64,000 nucleotides of DNA, from assembly GCA_034421435.1 (NCBI GenBank), contig DAOUKJ010000040.1, positions 21,373 to 85,372 of the forward strand, read 5' to 3'. The stretch is from Dehalococcoidia bacterium. Lineage in GTDB: Bacteria > Chloroflexota > Dehalococcoidia > Lucifugimonadales > UBA2985. The position numbers and the translations under genes are program-made. The notes beneath the pieces are model-generated. The model was not told where the DNA came from and ran no database searches. It saw nothing but the letters and a program-made list of their open reading frames with translations. Shown piece by piece: positions 32,650-45,394 of this stretch (its first letter is position 1; each line of letters begins with the position of its first letter).

Positions 32650-33132
32650 CTATGCTCTCAACTTGCCGGTAATCATCACCCCGTCGGTAACGCTATAGCC
32701 GACGCCTGTATCCACGTAGTGCTTATTCTCATAGCGCACAGCTGGTCTGAGCATCTGAGCGATTCTGTTGGCTGGATTAGAGGACTCCGTGTCGACGGGA
32801 ACACTCGCGGTATATGTCCGTCCCCAAACCTGCTCCGCGGCCTCCACAGTGGCCTCAACCGCCCGACCGCTCGTCACCGGAATCAGCGAAATGATGTCGT
32901 ATCCTTCCGCGTCCAATTGCACACAGGCGTTCGCGATATCTTGTGCTAGCTTCTTCCCTGCGGGGCGCTCTCCGGCTAGACCATAGACCGAGTCTGTTTT
33001 GCCACCGCGCTCCATCAAGTGGGAGTCCACGGCGATGTACCGGGTGACGTAGGGGGATTTCTTCTGGGGCTGGGGCGCAGCACCTGAACTGGCAGGCTTC
33101 GCCCCGGCCTTGCGGGAATTCTTCGTTGTCAT
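32650..33132 (-). CDS. Hypothetical protein (160 aa)
   Basis: The ATG at 33132 is 12 nt after AGGAGG and gives MTTKNSRKAGAKPASSG... The basic, disordered N-terminus is followed by a globular part with LDAEGYDIISLIPVTSG. The track's longer ORF (to 33441) has no RBS support. Confidence 0.6.
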   Translation of the reverse strand: MTTKNSRKAGAKPASSGAAPQPQKKSPYVTRYIAVDSHLMERGGKTDSVYGLAGERPAGKKLAQDIANACVQLDAEGYDIISLIPVTSGRAVEATVEAAEQVWGRTYTASVPVDTESSNPANRIAQMLRPAVRYENKHYVDTGVGYSVTDGVMITGKLRA

Positions 33133-33259
33133 ATGAGTGGCGATCCTCCTTGGTTGTATGCTGCCATCGATTCGTGCGTAACTCTTGCCGCCATCGATGT
33201 CCACACTAACGCCGCCAGTGAAGACGATGGTTGCGTTCCGCACGCAATAGCGCAGGAGC

Positions 33260-33289
33260 ATTCTAAACGAAGCCTTGGGCATTTTGCAA
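33260..33289 (-). promoter_or_regulatory. Sigma70-like promoter candidate (TTGCAA-18-TAGAAT) for the 160-aa gene
   Basis: Read on the minus strand: TTGCAA at 33289-33284 and TAGAAT at 33265-33260. Confidence 0.4.
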
Positions 33290-33311
33290 ATTGAACAAAT
33301 GACCATCGCCC

Positions 33312-33341
33312 TTGTGACTCTACACCGATTAGTGCTATAAT
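33312..33341 (+). promoter_or_regulatory. Sigma70-like promoter candidate for the pyr operon (TTGTGA-18-TATAAT)
   Basis: TTGTGA at 33312-33317 and TATAAT at 33336-33341, upstream of the PyrR-binding leader. Confidence 0.5.
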
Positions 33342-33390
33342 CGTTTGACTGAGCGGCTGCCCAAGGGCACGCCGCAGAAGCGCGGGAACC

Positions 33391-35568
<2,178 letters not shown>

Positions 35569-35572
<4 letters not shown>

Positions 35573-36891
35573 GCATGGTAATCAGAGGAGGCCGCATCAT
35601 CGACCCCGCCTCGGGCGTGGACATGGTGGGCGACGTTTTGATCGAAAACGGCGTCGTGGCATCGGTGGGGGCACAGGTTGAAGCGCCCCCCGGTGCTGAG
35701 CTGCTGGACGCATCGGGGCTGGTCGTGAGCCCCGGCTTCATCGATGTTCACGTTCATCTCCGCGTGCCCGGCGAGGAGCACAAGGAGACGATGGCCTCGG
35801 GTACGGCAGCCGCGGCCGCCGGAGGCTTTACGACTGTTTGCACCATGCCCAACACTCGCCCAGCGGTCGACCGCGCGGAGGTGGTGGAAGTGCTCCTGGA
35901 GCGCGCGCGGGACGAGGGCGTGGTCAGGGTGCTGCCGATTGCTTGCGTGACCAGGGACCGCGCGGGCGCAGAGCTGGTGGACGTTGAAGAGGTTGCCAGC
36001 GCCGGCGCAGTTGCAATCAGCGACGACGGCAGCCCGGTTGGCGACGCGGATGTGATGCGGGAGGCACTCGAGAAGGCCGGGCCTCTGGGGCTGCTCGTAA
36101 TCGACCACTGCGAAGACTCTGAAATCTCGGCCGACGGCGTGATGAACAGCGGCGCTGTGGCCGATAGCCTGGGACTCCAGGGCTGGCCGGCCCACGCGGA
36201 GGAAGACATGATCGCCCGCAATGCCGCGCTCGCGGAGGCAACCGGCGGTCGGGTCCACATGGCGCACGTCACGACAGCCGGAGGAGTGGAGCACATGCGG
36301 CGGGCCAAGGCGCGGGGTGCGCCGGTGACAGCGGAGGTCACTCCTCACCACCTGACCATCACGGAGGAGTGGGTGAGGGCGAAGGCGGGCCGCTACGGAC
36401 CATACGACACCAACGCGAAGGTAAATCCGCCACTCCGCACCCAGAAGGACGCGGACGCGCTCGTGGCCGCTCTTGCCGAGGGCATCATCGACTGCGTGGC
36501 GACTGACCACGCGCCACACAGCGCCGCGGACAAGGATTGCACTTTTGAAGAGGCGGCGTTCGGCATCAGCGGCCTGGAGGTTGCGCTCGGCTCGCTCATG
36601 AGCCTTGTCCACGATGGGCGACTGGAGCTGCCCACGCTGATAGAGCGACTGACCGCTGCGCCTGCAAGAGTCCTGGGCCGCCCGGACCTGTGCGCCGGCA
36701 CGCTGAAGCCGGGCAGTCCTGCTGACGTAACCATATTCGATCCGAACGCGGAGTGGGTGGTGCGCGCCGACCACATGCTATCGGGCGGCAAGAACACGCC
36801 GTTGGACGGCGACACGCTCAAGGGGCGCGTGGCGGCGACGCTAGTTGCCGGGCGCGTGGTGTACCGGAGTGAGGAGGCGCGGCTTGGCTAG
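35569..36891 (+). CDS. pyrC: Dihydroorotase
   Basis: 440 aa with SPGFIDVHVHLRVPG, a HMAHVTT-type segment and VATDHAPH. Confidence 0.95.
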
Positions 36892-37978
36892 GCGGGCAAT
36901 ACTGGCGCTGCAGGACGGCTCCTGGTACGAGGGCGAATCCTTTGGCGCGGAGGTGGACACCTACGGCGAGGTTGTCTTCAACACCAGCATGACCGGCTAC
37001 CAGGAGATTCTCACTGACCCATCCTACGCAGGCCAGATCGTGATTCCCACCTACCCCATAATCGGCAACTACGGCGTGAACGGCGAGCACATGGAGTCGC
37101 GCGAGATTCGCGTGGCGGGCTTCGCAGTGCGGGAGCACTGCCTCGATCCCAGCCACAACCTCTCGACCATGACGATTCACGACTACCTGGCGTCTCAGGG
37201 CATAGCGGGCATAGCGGGTATCGACACCCGCGCCGTCACGCGCAAGCTGCGATTTGCCGGCGTGATGATGGGCATGATCGCCGTCGGCACCTCGCCGGAG
37301 GAGGCGATGGAGCGGCTCCGCGACGCCCCGCGCTACGAGGACGTGGACTTTGTTGCCGGCGTGAGCGCGGAGGAGCCCTACGATTGGGACAATGCTTCCG
37401 GCGAGAGGAACGGGCCGCTTGTGCTGGTCAGCGACTACGGCCTCAAGTACAACATACTGCGCCTGTTACGCTCGCGCGGCTGCAGGGTGATGGCCATGCC
37501 GGTGGAGTCCAAGTCGTCGGACATCCTGGCCCTGAAGCCGGACGGCATCGTGTTATCGCCCGGGCCGGGTGATCCGGCATTGCTGGACTACGTCGTGGAG
37601 ACGGCAAGGGGCCTGATTGGCCGCGCGCCCATTCTTGGCATTTGCCTGGGTCATCAGGTGATCGGGCGGGCAATGGGAGGGAGCACGTTCAAGCTGAAGT
37701 TCGGTCACAGGGGCGGAAACCACCCCGTCCGCGATCTTGGGACCGGGCGAGTCCACATCACGGCGCAGAACCACGGCTACGCGGTTGACGGCGACAGCCT
37801 GCCGCCGGAGCTGGAGGTCAGCCACATCAACCTCAACGACGGAACGGTTGAGGGCATGCGTCACAGGGATCTGCCGGTGATGAGCATACAGTACCACTCG
37901 GAGGCGTCACCCGGCCCGCTGGACAACGTGTACCTGTTCGACCGATTCATGGAGATGGTGAAGGGAAACAGCTTGTGA
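36884..37978 (+). CDS. carA: Carbamoyl-phosphate synthase small (glutaminase) subunit
   Basis: The TTG at 36884 is 6 nt after GAGGAGG and gives (M)ARRAILALQDGSWYEGESFGA. It has the GATase triad motif GICLGHQ and IQYHSEASPGP. Confidence 0.93.
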   Translation: MARRAILALQDGSWYEGESFGAEVDTYGEVVFNTSMTGYQEILTDPSYAGQIVIPTYPIIGNYGVNGEHMESREIRVAGFAVREHCLDPSHNLSTMTIHDYLASQGIAGIAGIDTRAVTRKLRFAGVMMGMIAVGTSPEEAMERLRDAPRYEDVDFVAGVSAEEPYDWDNASGERNGPLVLVSDYGLKYNILRLLRSRGCRVMAMPVESKSSDILALKPDGIVLSPGPGDPALLDYVVETARGLIGRAPILGICLGHQVIGRAMGGSTFKLKFGHRGGNHPVRDLGTGRVHITAQNHGYAVDGDSLPPELEVSHINLNDGTVEGMRHRDLPVMSIQYHSEASPGPLDNVYLFDRFMEMVKGNSL

Positions 37979-38002
37979 TGATGGCAGTTGATGCGTTATA
38001 AT
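37973..38002 (+). promoter_or_regulatory. Sigma70-like promoter candidate for vapBC (TTGTGA-18-TATAAT)
   Basis: TTGTGA at 37973-37978 overlaps the carA stop; TATAAT is at 37997-38002. TTGATGC occurs at 37988 and again at 38026, a possible operator half-site pair. Confidence 0.4.
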
Positions 38003-38055
38003 GATGCTAACAATATGTGCCGAGTATTGATGCTTCAGAAAGGTGCGGTCCAGCC

Positions 38056-38295
38056 ATGAGAACGACACTAAATGTTGACGACGAGCTCCTGGAATCGATT
38101 GTCGAAGCCACCGGGGAGAAGAACAAGAGCAAGGCGGTGAACGCAGCTCTGAAGGAGTACATCCGGCGAAAGCACGTGCAGGAGTTGATCGATTCCTGGG
38201 GCAAAATCATCGTTGATGACTTCAGCGAAGAGTTTGACCGCTTGGACCTGGAGCGACAGGACTACCTTGAGTCACTGAGGAATGGCACTGCGTGA
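38056..38295 (+). CDS. vapB: Type II antitoxin, VapB family (DUF2191/Rv0623-like)
   Basis: The ATG at 38056 gives MRTTLNVDDELLESIVEATGEKNKSKAVNAALKEYIRR, the canonical N-terminus of this antitoxin family. Its stop overlaps the vapC GTG. Confidence 0.85.
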   Translation: MRTTLNVDDELLESIVEATGEKNKSKAVNAALKEYIRRKHVQELIDSWGKIIVDDFSEEFDRLDLERQDYLESLRNGTA

Positions 38296-38684
38296 CCATC
38301 CTGTTAGACTCATCCGTACTAATTCAGGCCCAGAGGCAACCTGACTCGGAGACGGCGACACACTTGGCCGCCCTACTGGCCTCCGGTGAGGCCGCGGTGA
38401 CCGGGCCCGTCGTCATGGAGTTTATTCGCGGAGCTCGCAATCTGGAGGAAGTCGACTTTCTGACCCGACGAGTGTTGTCCCTGGACTTCCTGACAATGGA
38501 TCAGGCGGTTTGGGTTCTTGCGGGGCGCTTGGGCAATCGGTTCCTTCGAACCGGCGCACGTCTGCCGAATGTGGATCTGAGCATAGCGGCTACAGCTATT
38601 CGACACGGCGTGCCCCTATACACTCTGGATCGCGCGTTCAGCACTGTACCTGAGCTATCGCTCTACAGTCCGACCGTGAATTGA
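38292..38684 (+). CDS. vapC: Type II toxin VapC (PIN-domain ribonuclease)
   Basis: 130 aa. PIN acidic residues are in context: [23 protein letters not shown] and YTLDRAF. Confidence 0.85.
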   Translation: MTILLDSSVLIQAQRQPDSETATHLAALLASGEAAVTGPVVMEFIRGARNLEEVDFLTRRVLSLDFLTMDQAVWVLAGRLGNRFLRTGARLPNVDLSIAATAIRHGVPLYTLDRAFSTVPELSLYSPTVN

Positions 38685-38704
38685 GCTCTCGGAACAAACT
38701 GCTT

Positions 38705-41700
38705 ATGACAACAAACGCTAATCTCTCCAAAGTCCTGGTCATCGGCTCCGGCCCTATCGTGATAGGGCAGGCGGCGGAGTTCGACTATGCGGGCACGCAG
38801 GCGTGCAAAGCCCTCCGTGAGGAGGGCGTAACCACGGTCCTCGTCAACTCCAATCCCGCAACCATCATGACCGACGAGGGCATCGCCGACATAGTCTACA
38901 TCGAGCCGCTCACGGTGGAGGTGATCTCCCGCATCATCGATCGCGAGCGGCCGCAGGGCATCCTGCCGACGCTCGGCGGTCAGACCGGCCTCAACCTCGC
39001 CGTTGAGCTCGCCGACGCGGGCGTGCTGGACCGGTTCGGCGTGCGCTTGCTTGGCACGCCGCTGGACACCATCCGCAAGGCGGAGGACCGCGAGCTGTTC
39101 CGCGAGCTGCTGGTGGAGATGGGCGAGCCAATCCCGCCAAGCGCCACCGCGGAGTCGATGGAAGAGGTTGCGCGCATCGCCGAGGAGATAGGGCTGCCAA
39201 TGGTGATTCGTCCGGCGTACACGCTCGGCGGCACGGGCGGTGGCATCGCAAACACTTGGGAGGAGCTGGAAGAAGTTGCGCAGGGAGGCCTGAGCGCCAG
39301 CCCCATCCACCAGATCCTGCTGGAACGCTCGCTGGCCGGCTGGAAAGAGCTGGAGTACGAGGTGATGCGTGACGGCGCCGACAACTGCATCACCATATGC
39401 AACATGGAGAACATGGACCCGATGGGCGTCCACACCGGCGACAGCATCGTGGTGGCGCCTAGCCAGACGCTCACCGACCGCGAGTACCAGATGCTGCGCT
39501 CCGCCAGCCTCCGCATCATCCGCGCTCTGGGAATAGAGGGCGGATGCAACGTGCAGTACGCGCTCCGTCCCAGCGATCTCGTAGCGGAGGCCATGCCGGG
39601 CGACTGGGTGGCGGACAGCTCCTACTACGTCATAGAGGTTAACCCCAGGGTGAGCCGCAGCTCCGCGCTTGCCAGCAAGGCCACCGGCTACCCCATCGCA
39701 CGCGTGGCCGCCAAGATTGCTGTGGGCAAGCGCCTGGACGAGATTCCGAACGCCGTCACCCAACGTACGCTCGCCGCATTCGAGCCTGCGCTGGACTACT
39801 GCGTGGTTAAGATACCGCGCTGGCCGTTCGACAAGTTTGCGGCCGGCAACCGCGTCATCGGCACGCAGATGAAGGCCACTGGCGAGGTCATGGCCATCGA
39901 CCGCTCATTCGAGGCGGCATTCCAGAAGGCGGTGCGCTCGCTGGAGATCGGCAACTTCACGATCATGTGGGAGGACACGGAGTGGCGCGACGACGATGGC
40001 GCGGGCCTGGACGCCCTTCCAATGCTCCCCACGGACCTGCGGCTCTGGGCGCTGATGGCGGCGCTCCGCCGCGGCATCACCACGGACGAAATCTCGCAGC
40101 GCACAGGCATTGATCCCTGGTTCCTGTACCGCTTCCGCAGGATCGTGGACATGGAGCGGCGGCTGCTCGAAGAAGACCTGACGCCGCGGCTGCTGTGGGA
40201 GGCCAAGCGCCTGGGCTTCTCGGACGCGCAGGTGGGCACGCTTGCCGACAGGCTGCCGGAGCAGGTGAGGAGCCTGCGCAGGGAGTGGGACGTCAGGCCG
40301 GTCTACAAGATGGTCGATACGTGCGCGGCCGAGTTCGAGGCGGCCACTCCATACTTCTACAGCACCTACGAGCAGGAGAACGAGGCACTGCCGCTGCCCG
40401 GCCCAAAGGCCGTGGTCGTGGGCAGCGGCCCCATTCGCATCGGGCAAGGCATCGAGTTCGACTACTGCTCAGTTCACGCCGCGTGGGCCCTTCAGGCGGA
40501 GGGCGTTCGCAGCATCATGGCCAACTCCAACCCGGAGACCGTGTCCACCGACTTCGACACGAGCGACCGGCTCTACTTCGAGCCTCTGGACGAGGAGAGC
40601 ATGCTGGACATCCTGGAGAACGAGTTTGACGAGCAGTCGGACTCGCCGGAGTACCCGGCCAGCATGGTGCAGTTCGGCGGCCAGACCGCCATCAACCTGT
40701 CGCAGGCGCTGGACCGGGAGGGCATGCCCATCCTCGGCTCCACGGCAGACTCCATAGACATAGCGTCGGACAGGGGGCGCTTCGGTGACTTTCTGTCGCG
40801 GCTGGGCATACCTCTGCCTCCGGGCGCGGCGGTGACCTCGCTGGAGGAAGCTATGAAGGTGGCTGAGGGTACGGGCTACCCGGTGCTGGTGCGACCCAGC
40901 TACGTGCTCGGCGGCCGGGCGATGGAGATTGTGCAGAACACCACAGAGCTCATCCGGTACGTCACAGCCGCCGTCGACATGGGAACGCAGCATCCGGTAC
41001 TCATCGACAAGTACCTGGGCGGCCGCGAGGTTGAGGTCGACGCCATTTGCGACGGCGAGCGCGTGCTCATCCCAGGCATCATGGAGCACGTGGAGCGCGC
41101 CGGCGTCCACAGCGGCGATTCGATGGCGATCTACCCCGGCGTCACCCTCACCGACGACGAGGTGGATGTACTAGTGCAATACACCACACAGATCGGGCTG
41201 GCGCTGCAGGTGAAGGGTCTGATGAACATCCAGTACGTGCTGGTGGGCGGCAGCCCCTATCGCAGCCCCAGCGTCCTGCGCGACGACAGCGTGCAGTCGA
41301 CGGCGTACGTGCTGGAGGTGAACCCGCGGGCCAGCCGCACCGTGCCGTTCCTGTCCAAGGTGACGGGCGTGCCGATGGTGCAGCTCGCCACCAGGGTGAT
41401 GCTGGGCCGCACGCTCGCCGATATGGGCTACGAAGCGGGACTGTGGAAGCGGAGCAAGCTGGTTGCTGTCAAGGCGCCCGTGTTTTCGATGTCCAAGCTG
41501 GCGGGCGTCGACACCTACCTGGGGCCGGAGATGAAGTCGACGGGCGAGGTCATGGGCATCGATAGTGACTTTCAGGGAGCGGTCGCCAAGGCGCTGCTGG
41601 CGGGAGGGCTGTCGTTTCGCTCGGGCTCGTCGGTGCTGCTGAGCATCGCAGACCGGGACAAGGTGGAGTCGCTGCCGCTGGTGCGGGCGCTGGTGGAGGC

Positions 41701-42028
41701 GGGATGCAAGCTGTACGCCACGGAGGGCACGGCGGGCTTGGTGCAGGGCCTGGGCCTGCCGGTGACGATGATTACGAAGAAGCTGAGCGAAGGCCACCCC
41801 AACGTGATGGACATCATGATGGACGGCACGGTGCAGGCGGTGGTGAACACCGTGACGGGCGAGCGCGCCAACCTGCAGGACGGCTTCGAGATACGCAGGG
41901 CGGCGGTGGAGCGCCGGATCCCGTGCTTCACGTCGCTGGACACGGCGCGTGCGGCGGTCGAGAGTCTGCTGCACGGCGCGGCGGGCTACAGCATCCGCCG
42001 CCGCGACGAGTATTTGGAGGAGGGGTAG
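38705..42028 (+). CDS. carB: Carbamoyl-phosphate synthase large subunit
   Basis: The ATG at 38705 gives [33 protein letters not shown]. It has two ATP-grasp halves and an MGS-like C-terminus. The track start at 38681 overlaps vapC and is less likely. Confidence 0.97.
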   Translation: MTTNANLSKVLVIGSGPIVIGQAAEFDYAGTQACKALREEGVTTVLVNSNPATIMTDEGIADIVYIEPLTVEVISRIIDRERPQGILPTLGGQTGLNLAVELADAGVLDRFGVRLLGTPLDTIRKAEDRELFRELLVEMGEPIPPSATAESMEEVARIAEEIGLPMVIRPAYTLGGTGGGIANTWEELEEVAQGGLSASPIHQILLERSLAGWKELEYEVMRDGADNCITICNMENMDPMGVHTGDSIVVAPSQTLTDREYQMLRSASLRIIRALGIEGGCNVQYALRPSDLVAEAMPGDWVADSSYYVIEVNPRVSRSSALASKATGYPIARVAAKIAVGKRLDEIPNAVTQRTLAAFEPALDYCVVKIPRWPFDKFAAGNRVIGTQMKATGEVMAIDRSFEAAFQKAVRSLEIGNFTIMWEDTEWRDDDGAGLDALPMLPTDLRLWALMAALRRGITTDEISQRTGIDPWFLYRFRRIVDMERRLLEEDLTPRLLWEAKRLGFSDAQVGTLADRLPEQVRSLRREWDVRPVYKMVDTCAAEFEAATPYFYSTYEQENEALPLPGPKAVVVGSGPIRIGQGIEFDYCSVHAAWALQAEGVRSIMANSNPETVSTDFDTSDRLYFEPLDEESMLDILENEFDEQSDSPEYPASMVQFGGQTAINLSQALDREGMPILGSTADSIDIASDRGRFGDFLSRLGIPLPPGAAVTSLEEAMKVAEGTGYPVLVRPSYVLGGRAMEIVQNTTELIRYVTAAVDMGTQHPVLIDKYLGGREVEVDAICDGERVLIPGIMEHVERAGVHSGDSMAIYPGVTLTDDEVDVLVQYTTQIGLALQVKGLMNIQYVLVGGSPYRSPSVLRDDSVQSTAYVLEVNPRASRTVPFLSKVTGVPMVQLATRVMLGRTLADMGYEAGLWKRSKLVAVKAPVFSMSKLAGVDTYLGPEMKSTGEVMGIDSDFQGAVAKALLAGGLSFRSGSSVLLSIADRDKVESLPLVRALVEAGCKLYATEGTAGLVQGLGLPVTMITKKLSEGHPNVMDIMMDGTVQAVVNTVTGERANLQDGFEIRRAAVERRIPCFTSLDTARAAVESLLHGAAGYSIRRRDEYLEEG

Positions 42029-42049
42029 GGGGCGCGCGTCCACCTTCCG

Positions 42050-42133
42050 GCCCGCTCACGCCCTACGGCAAGCTCTGGGTGAGCGGGCTAGATTTACACC
42101 GCTCATGGTGAGCCTGTCGAACCATATGAGCGG
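42050..42133. repeat. Pair of REP-like hairpins downstream of carB
   Basis: Hairpin 1 is GCCCGCTCAC (42050-42059) / GTGAGCGGGC (42079-42088). Hairpin 2 is CCGCTCAT (42099-42106) / ATGAGCGG (42126-42133). Their loops and arms share sequence with 2429-2455 and 45786-45818. Confidence 0.65.
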
Positions 42134-42184
42134 AAATGGCGGCTTGCGGTGGCTTGACGCCTGGCGATGGTGTAAACTCCACCC

Positions 42185-45100
42185 ATGCCTAGCTATCCTC
42201 ACATAGAGCAGTATCGCGCCCAGCTTCAACGATTGATTGAGTTGGGCGGATCAGACAACGAGTCAAGCATTCGCCGCGCCTTCGCCAACTGCCTTGACGC
42301 CTACTGCCGCGACCACAGGGAGAAACTTGCGCTGGTGGACGAGCTTGGCGCAGCCCTGGGGAACCGGCCGGACGGCACTGTCAAGGACACCCTGCGCATG
42401 AACCGCGGCTACTGGGAGGCCAAGGACACCCACGACGACCTGGACACCGAGATTCAGCGCAAATTCAATCGCGGCTACCCGCGGGACAACATCATCTTTG
42501 AGGACTCCCAGACCGCTGTCCTGATCCAGAACAGGGAAGAGGCAATGCGGGTCGACATGACCCGCCCCGATGAGTTGCACAGGCTCATCCGTGCCTTCCT
42601 GGACTATGAGCTGCCGGAGATAGAGGAGTTCCGGCAGGCGCAGCAGCAGTTCAAGGCTGATCTGCCAACCGTCATCGCCAATCTGCGGGAGGCTGTCGAG
42701 GCGGCCGAGGCCGGCAACCCTGAGTACCAAGAGGCCGCTGGCGCCTTCCTGGAGCTTTGCAGACAGAGCATTGGGCCCAACCTGACCGCCGCCGACGTCC
42801 GCGAGATGCTGCTCCAGCACATCCTCACTCAGGACATCTTCCTGCGGGTGTTCGGTGAGGCCCAGTTCCATCGTGAGAACAACATCGCCCGCCAACTGTC
42901 GGAACTGGAGGCAACCTTCTTCACCCGCGATGTGCGCCGAGAGGAGATCGAGCGGTTGCGCGCCTACTACGGCGCTATTGGACGCGCCGCCGACGAGATA
43001 GCCGACCATGCCGAGAAGCAGCAGTTCCTCAAGGCCATCTACGAGGACTTCTACAAGGCTTATAACCCCGCCGCCGCCGACCGCCTGGGTGTGGTATACA
43101 CGCCCAACGAGATAGTGGACTTCATCATCCGCGGAGCGGACCACCTGCTTCAGAAGCACTTCGGTCGTAGTCTCGGAGACCGGAACGTCCAGATTCTGGA
43201 TCCTGCCACGGGCACGGGCACCTTTGTTACCAACCTCATCGGCTACCTGGCCGACAGCGGAGAGCCGGACGCCCTGGAACGCCTAGAGCACAAGTATCTG
43301 CACGAGATACACGCCAATGAGGTTGCCATACTGCCGTACTACATCGCGAACCTGAACATAGAGTACACCTACAGGGAGAAGACGGGGCGTTACCGAGAGT
43401 TCCCCAACCTGGTATTCGTGGATACGCTGGATAACATGGACTGGCAGGGGGTGACTGGTAGCGCTGTGGAGCGGCAGGGTTCATTCAACCTCGGTGGCCT
43501 TTCCACGGAGAACTGGATGCGGGTGCAGCTGCAAAACGAAAAGCCAATTAGCGTGATCATAGGCAACCCGCCCTACAACGCCAACCAGCAGAACGAGAAT
43601 GAGAACAACAAGAATCGCGAGTACCCGGAGATAGACCGGCGAATCAGCGACACCTACGTTGCATCCAGCGGGGCGCAGAAGACTAAGCAGTACGATATGT
43701 ACAAAAGGTTCATACGCTGGGCCTCCGACCGGCTGGCAGACGACGGAATCATCGCGTTCATCACAAACCGCGCCTACTTGGAAGCCCGTCAAGATGACGG
43801 CTTTCGACGGGTCGCGGCGGAGGAGTTTACTGACATATACCTCTTGGATTTAGGATCTGACGTGCGCCGAAACCCCAAAATCTCCGGCACCACACACAAC
43901 GTCTTCGGAATTCAGACCGGCGTGGCCATAGGTTTCTTTGTGCGGGAAAAGTCCAAGCTGGGTGAGTGCTCAATTCACTACGCGAGCCGTGAAGACGCCG
44001 AGCCTGCAAAGGACAAGCTGGCCTATCTGCGCGGGGCCGCACTGGGTGAGCTTGCCTTTGAGGAGATCACGCCCGACAAGGGAGGGAACTGGCTCAACCA
44101 GTCCAATAGTGACTTCGACAAGTTGCTGCCTCTAGCCAACAGAGGAACCAAATTTGCCAAGTTGGTCAGTGATGAGAGAGCAATCTTCAAGCGATATTCA
44201 ATGGGCGTTGTGACAAACCGTGACGACTGGACCTATGACTTTGACGCAGAACAGCTGGGCACGAAAGTGCGCGCAATAGTTGAGGCTTATGAGAAAAGCC
44301 GCTCAAAGTTTGGGGGTAAGAAATTCGACTCCGCCGATCTAGGTACTGAAATCAAGTGGACGCGTGATCTGAAGAATCAACTTCGTTTAGACAAACCTAA
44401 TGCCTTCAAGAGTACAAATATTCGGTCAACGCACTTTCGGCCGTTTGTCAGCAAGGAATTGTATTTCGACCAGAGCCTAAACGAAATGCAATATCAGCTT
44501 CCTGAGATTTTTCCGACGGGCCGCATCGGTGAGAACAAGGCAATCTGCTTCTGCGTGAACGGCAGATTCTTCTATGTGTTGGCGACTGATAGGGTTATCG
44601 ACCTGCACTTCACGGGAGATACCCAATGCCTGCCTCTGTACCGATACAGCTCGAACGGCGGGCGCTCTAGGAATATAACCACTTGGGGCATCAATCGCGT
44701 CAACGACCACTACAAGAAGGAGTGGGGCGAGCACTTCGATAAGGTGTACCCCAAGGGCATCACCGCGGAGCACATCTTCGCCTACACCTATGCCGTGCTC
44801 CACGATCCGGTCTACCGCTACGACTACGCCATAGACCTGACGCGTGAGTTCCCACGCCTGCCCCTCTACCACGACTTCGATACATGGGCGCGCATGGGGC
44901 AGCAGCTTCTCGACCTGCACATAGGCTTCGAGTCCGCTGAGCCGTTCCCGCTGGAGCGGATTGACATGCCTGGAATCGCAAAGCGCGTCATTCTGAGGCC
45001 GGACAAGGAGCGCGGCAGAATCGTGCTGGACGACAAGACCACGCTGACAGGCGTGCCCGCGGACGCCTGGGGCTACCGGCTGGGCAGCCGCTCGGCACTG

Positions 45101-45394
45101 GAGTGGGTGCTGGACCAGTACAAGGAGCGGAAGCCTCGCGACCCCACCATTGCGGAGAAATTCAACACATACCGCTTCGCCGACTACAAGGAGCGGGTGA
45201 TAGATCTGCTGAGGCGCGTGTGCACGGTCAGCGTCAAGACTATGGAGATCGTGGACGGCATGGCGTACTGGGACGACGGCTACCTTGTGGTGTACGGAGA
45301 CCGCGACAAGCACGAGTGGTCGATGATGGGGATGTCTCAATGGGTCAAGGATGCTGAGGATCCGGAGTGGGAGGCGGCGTGGTTGGAGACGTAG
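42185..45394 (+). CDS. Single-chain N6-adenine DNA methyltransferase / putative restriction-modification enzyme (type IIG or type ISP-like, lacking a helicase module)
   Basis: 1069 aa. The N-terminus has RPDGTVKDTLRMNRGYWEAKD (PD...EAK, PD-(D/E)XK-like). MTase motif I is ILDPATGTGTF and motif IV is VIIGNPPYN. The long C-terminal region (…FAYTYAVLHDPVYRYDYAIDLTREFPRLP…WGYRLGSRSALEWVLDQY…) resembles, from memory, the target-recognition region of LlaGI-type ISP enzymes. Confidence 0.7.
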   Translation: MPSYPHIEQYRAQLQRLIELGGSDNESSIRRAFANCLDAYCRDHREKLALVDELGAALGNRPDGTVKDTLRMNRGYWEAKDTHDDLDTEIQRKFNRGYPRDNIIFEDSQTAVLIQNREEAMRVDMTRPDELHRLIRAFLDYELPEIEEFRQAQQQFKADLPTVIANLREAVEAAEAGNPEYQEAAGAFLELCRQSIGPNLTAADVREMLLQHILTQDIFLRVFGEAQFHRENNIARQLSELEATFFTRDVRREEIERLRAYYGAIGRAADEIADHAEKQQFLKAIYEDFYKAYNPAAADRLGVVYTPNEIVDFIIRGADHLLQKHFGRSLGDRNVQILDPATGTGTFVTNLIGYLADSGEPDALERLEHKYLHEIHANEVAILPYYIANLNIEYTYREKTGRYREFPNLVFVDTLDNMDWQGVTGSAVERQGSFNLGGLSTENWMRVQLQNEKPISVIIGNPPYNANQQNENENNKNREYPEIDRRISDTYVASSGAQKTKQYDMYKRFIRWASDRLADDGIIAFITNRAYLEARQDDGFRRVAAEEFTDIYLLDLGSDVRRNPKISGTTHNVFGIQTGVAIGFFVREKSKLGECSIHYASREDAEPAKDKLAYLRGAALGELAFEEITPDKGGNWLNQSNSDFDKLLPLANRGTKFAKLVSDERAIFKRYSMGVVTNRDDWTYDFDAEQLGTKVRAIVEAYEKSRSKFGGKKFDSADLGTEIKWTRDLKNQLRLDKPNAFKSTNIRSTHFRPFVSKELYFDQSLNEMQYQLPEIFPTGRIGENKAICFCVNGRFFYVLATDRVIDLHFTGDTQCLPLYRYSSNGGRSRNITTWGINRVNDHYKKEWGEHFDKVYPKGITAEHIFAYTYAVLHDPVYRYDYAIDLTREFPRLPLYHDFDTWARMGQQLLDLHIGFESAEPFPLERIDMPGIAKRVILRPDKERGRIVLDDKTTLTGVPADAWGYRLGSRSALEWVLDQYKERKPRDPTIAEKFNTYRFADYKERVIDLLRRVCTVSVKTMEIVDGMAYWDDGYLVVYGDRDKHEWSMMGMSQWVKDAEDPEWEAAWLET

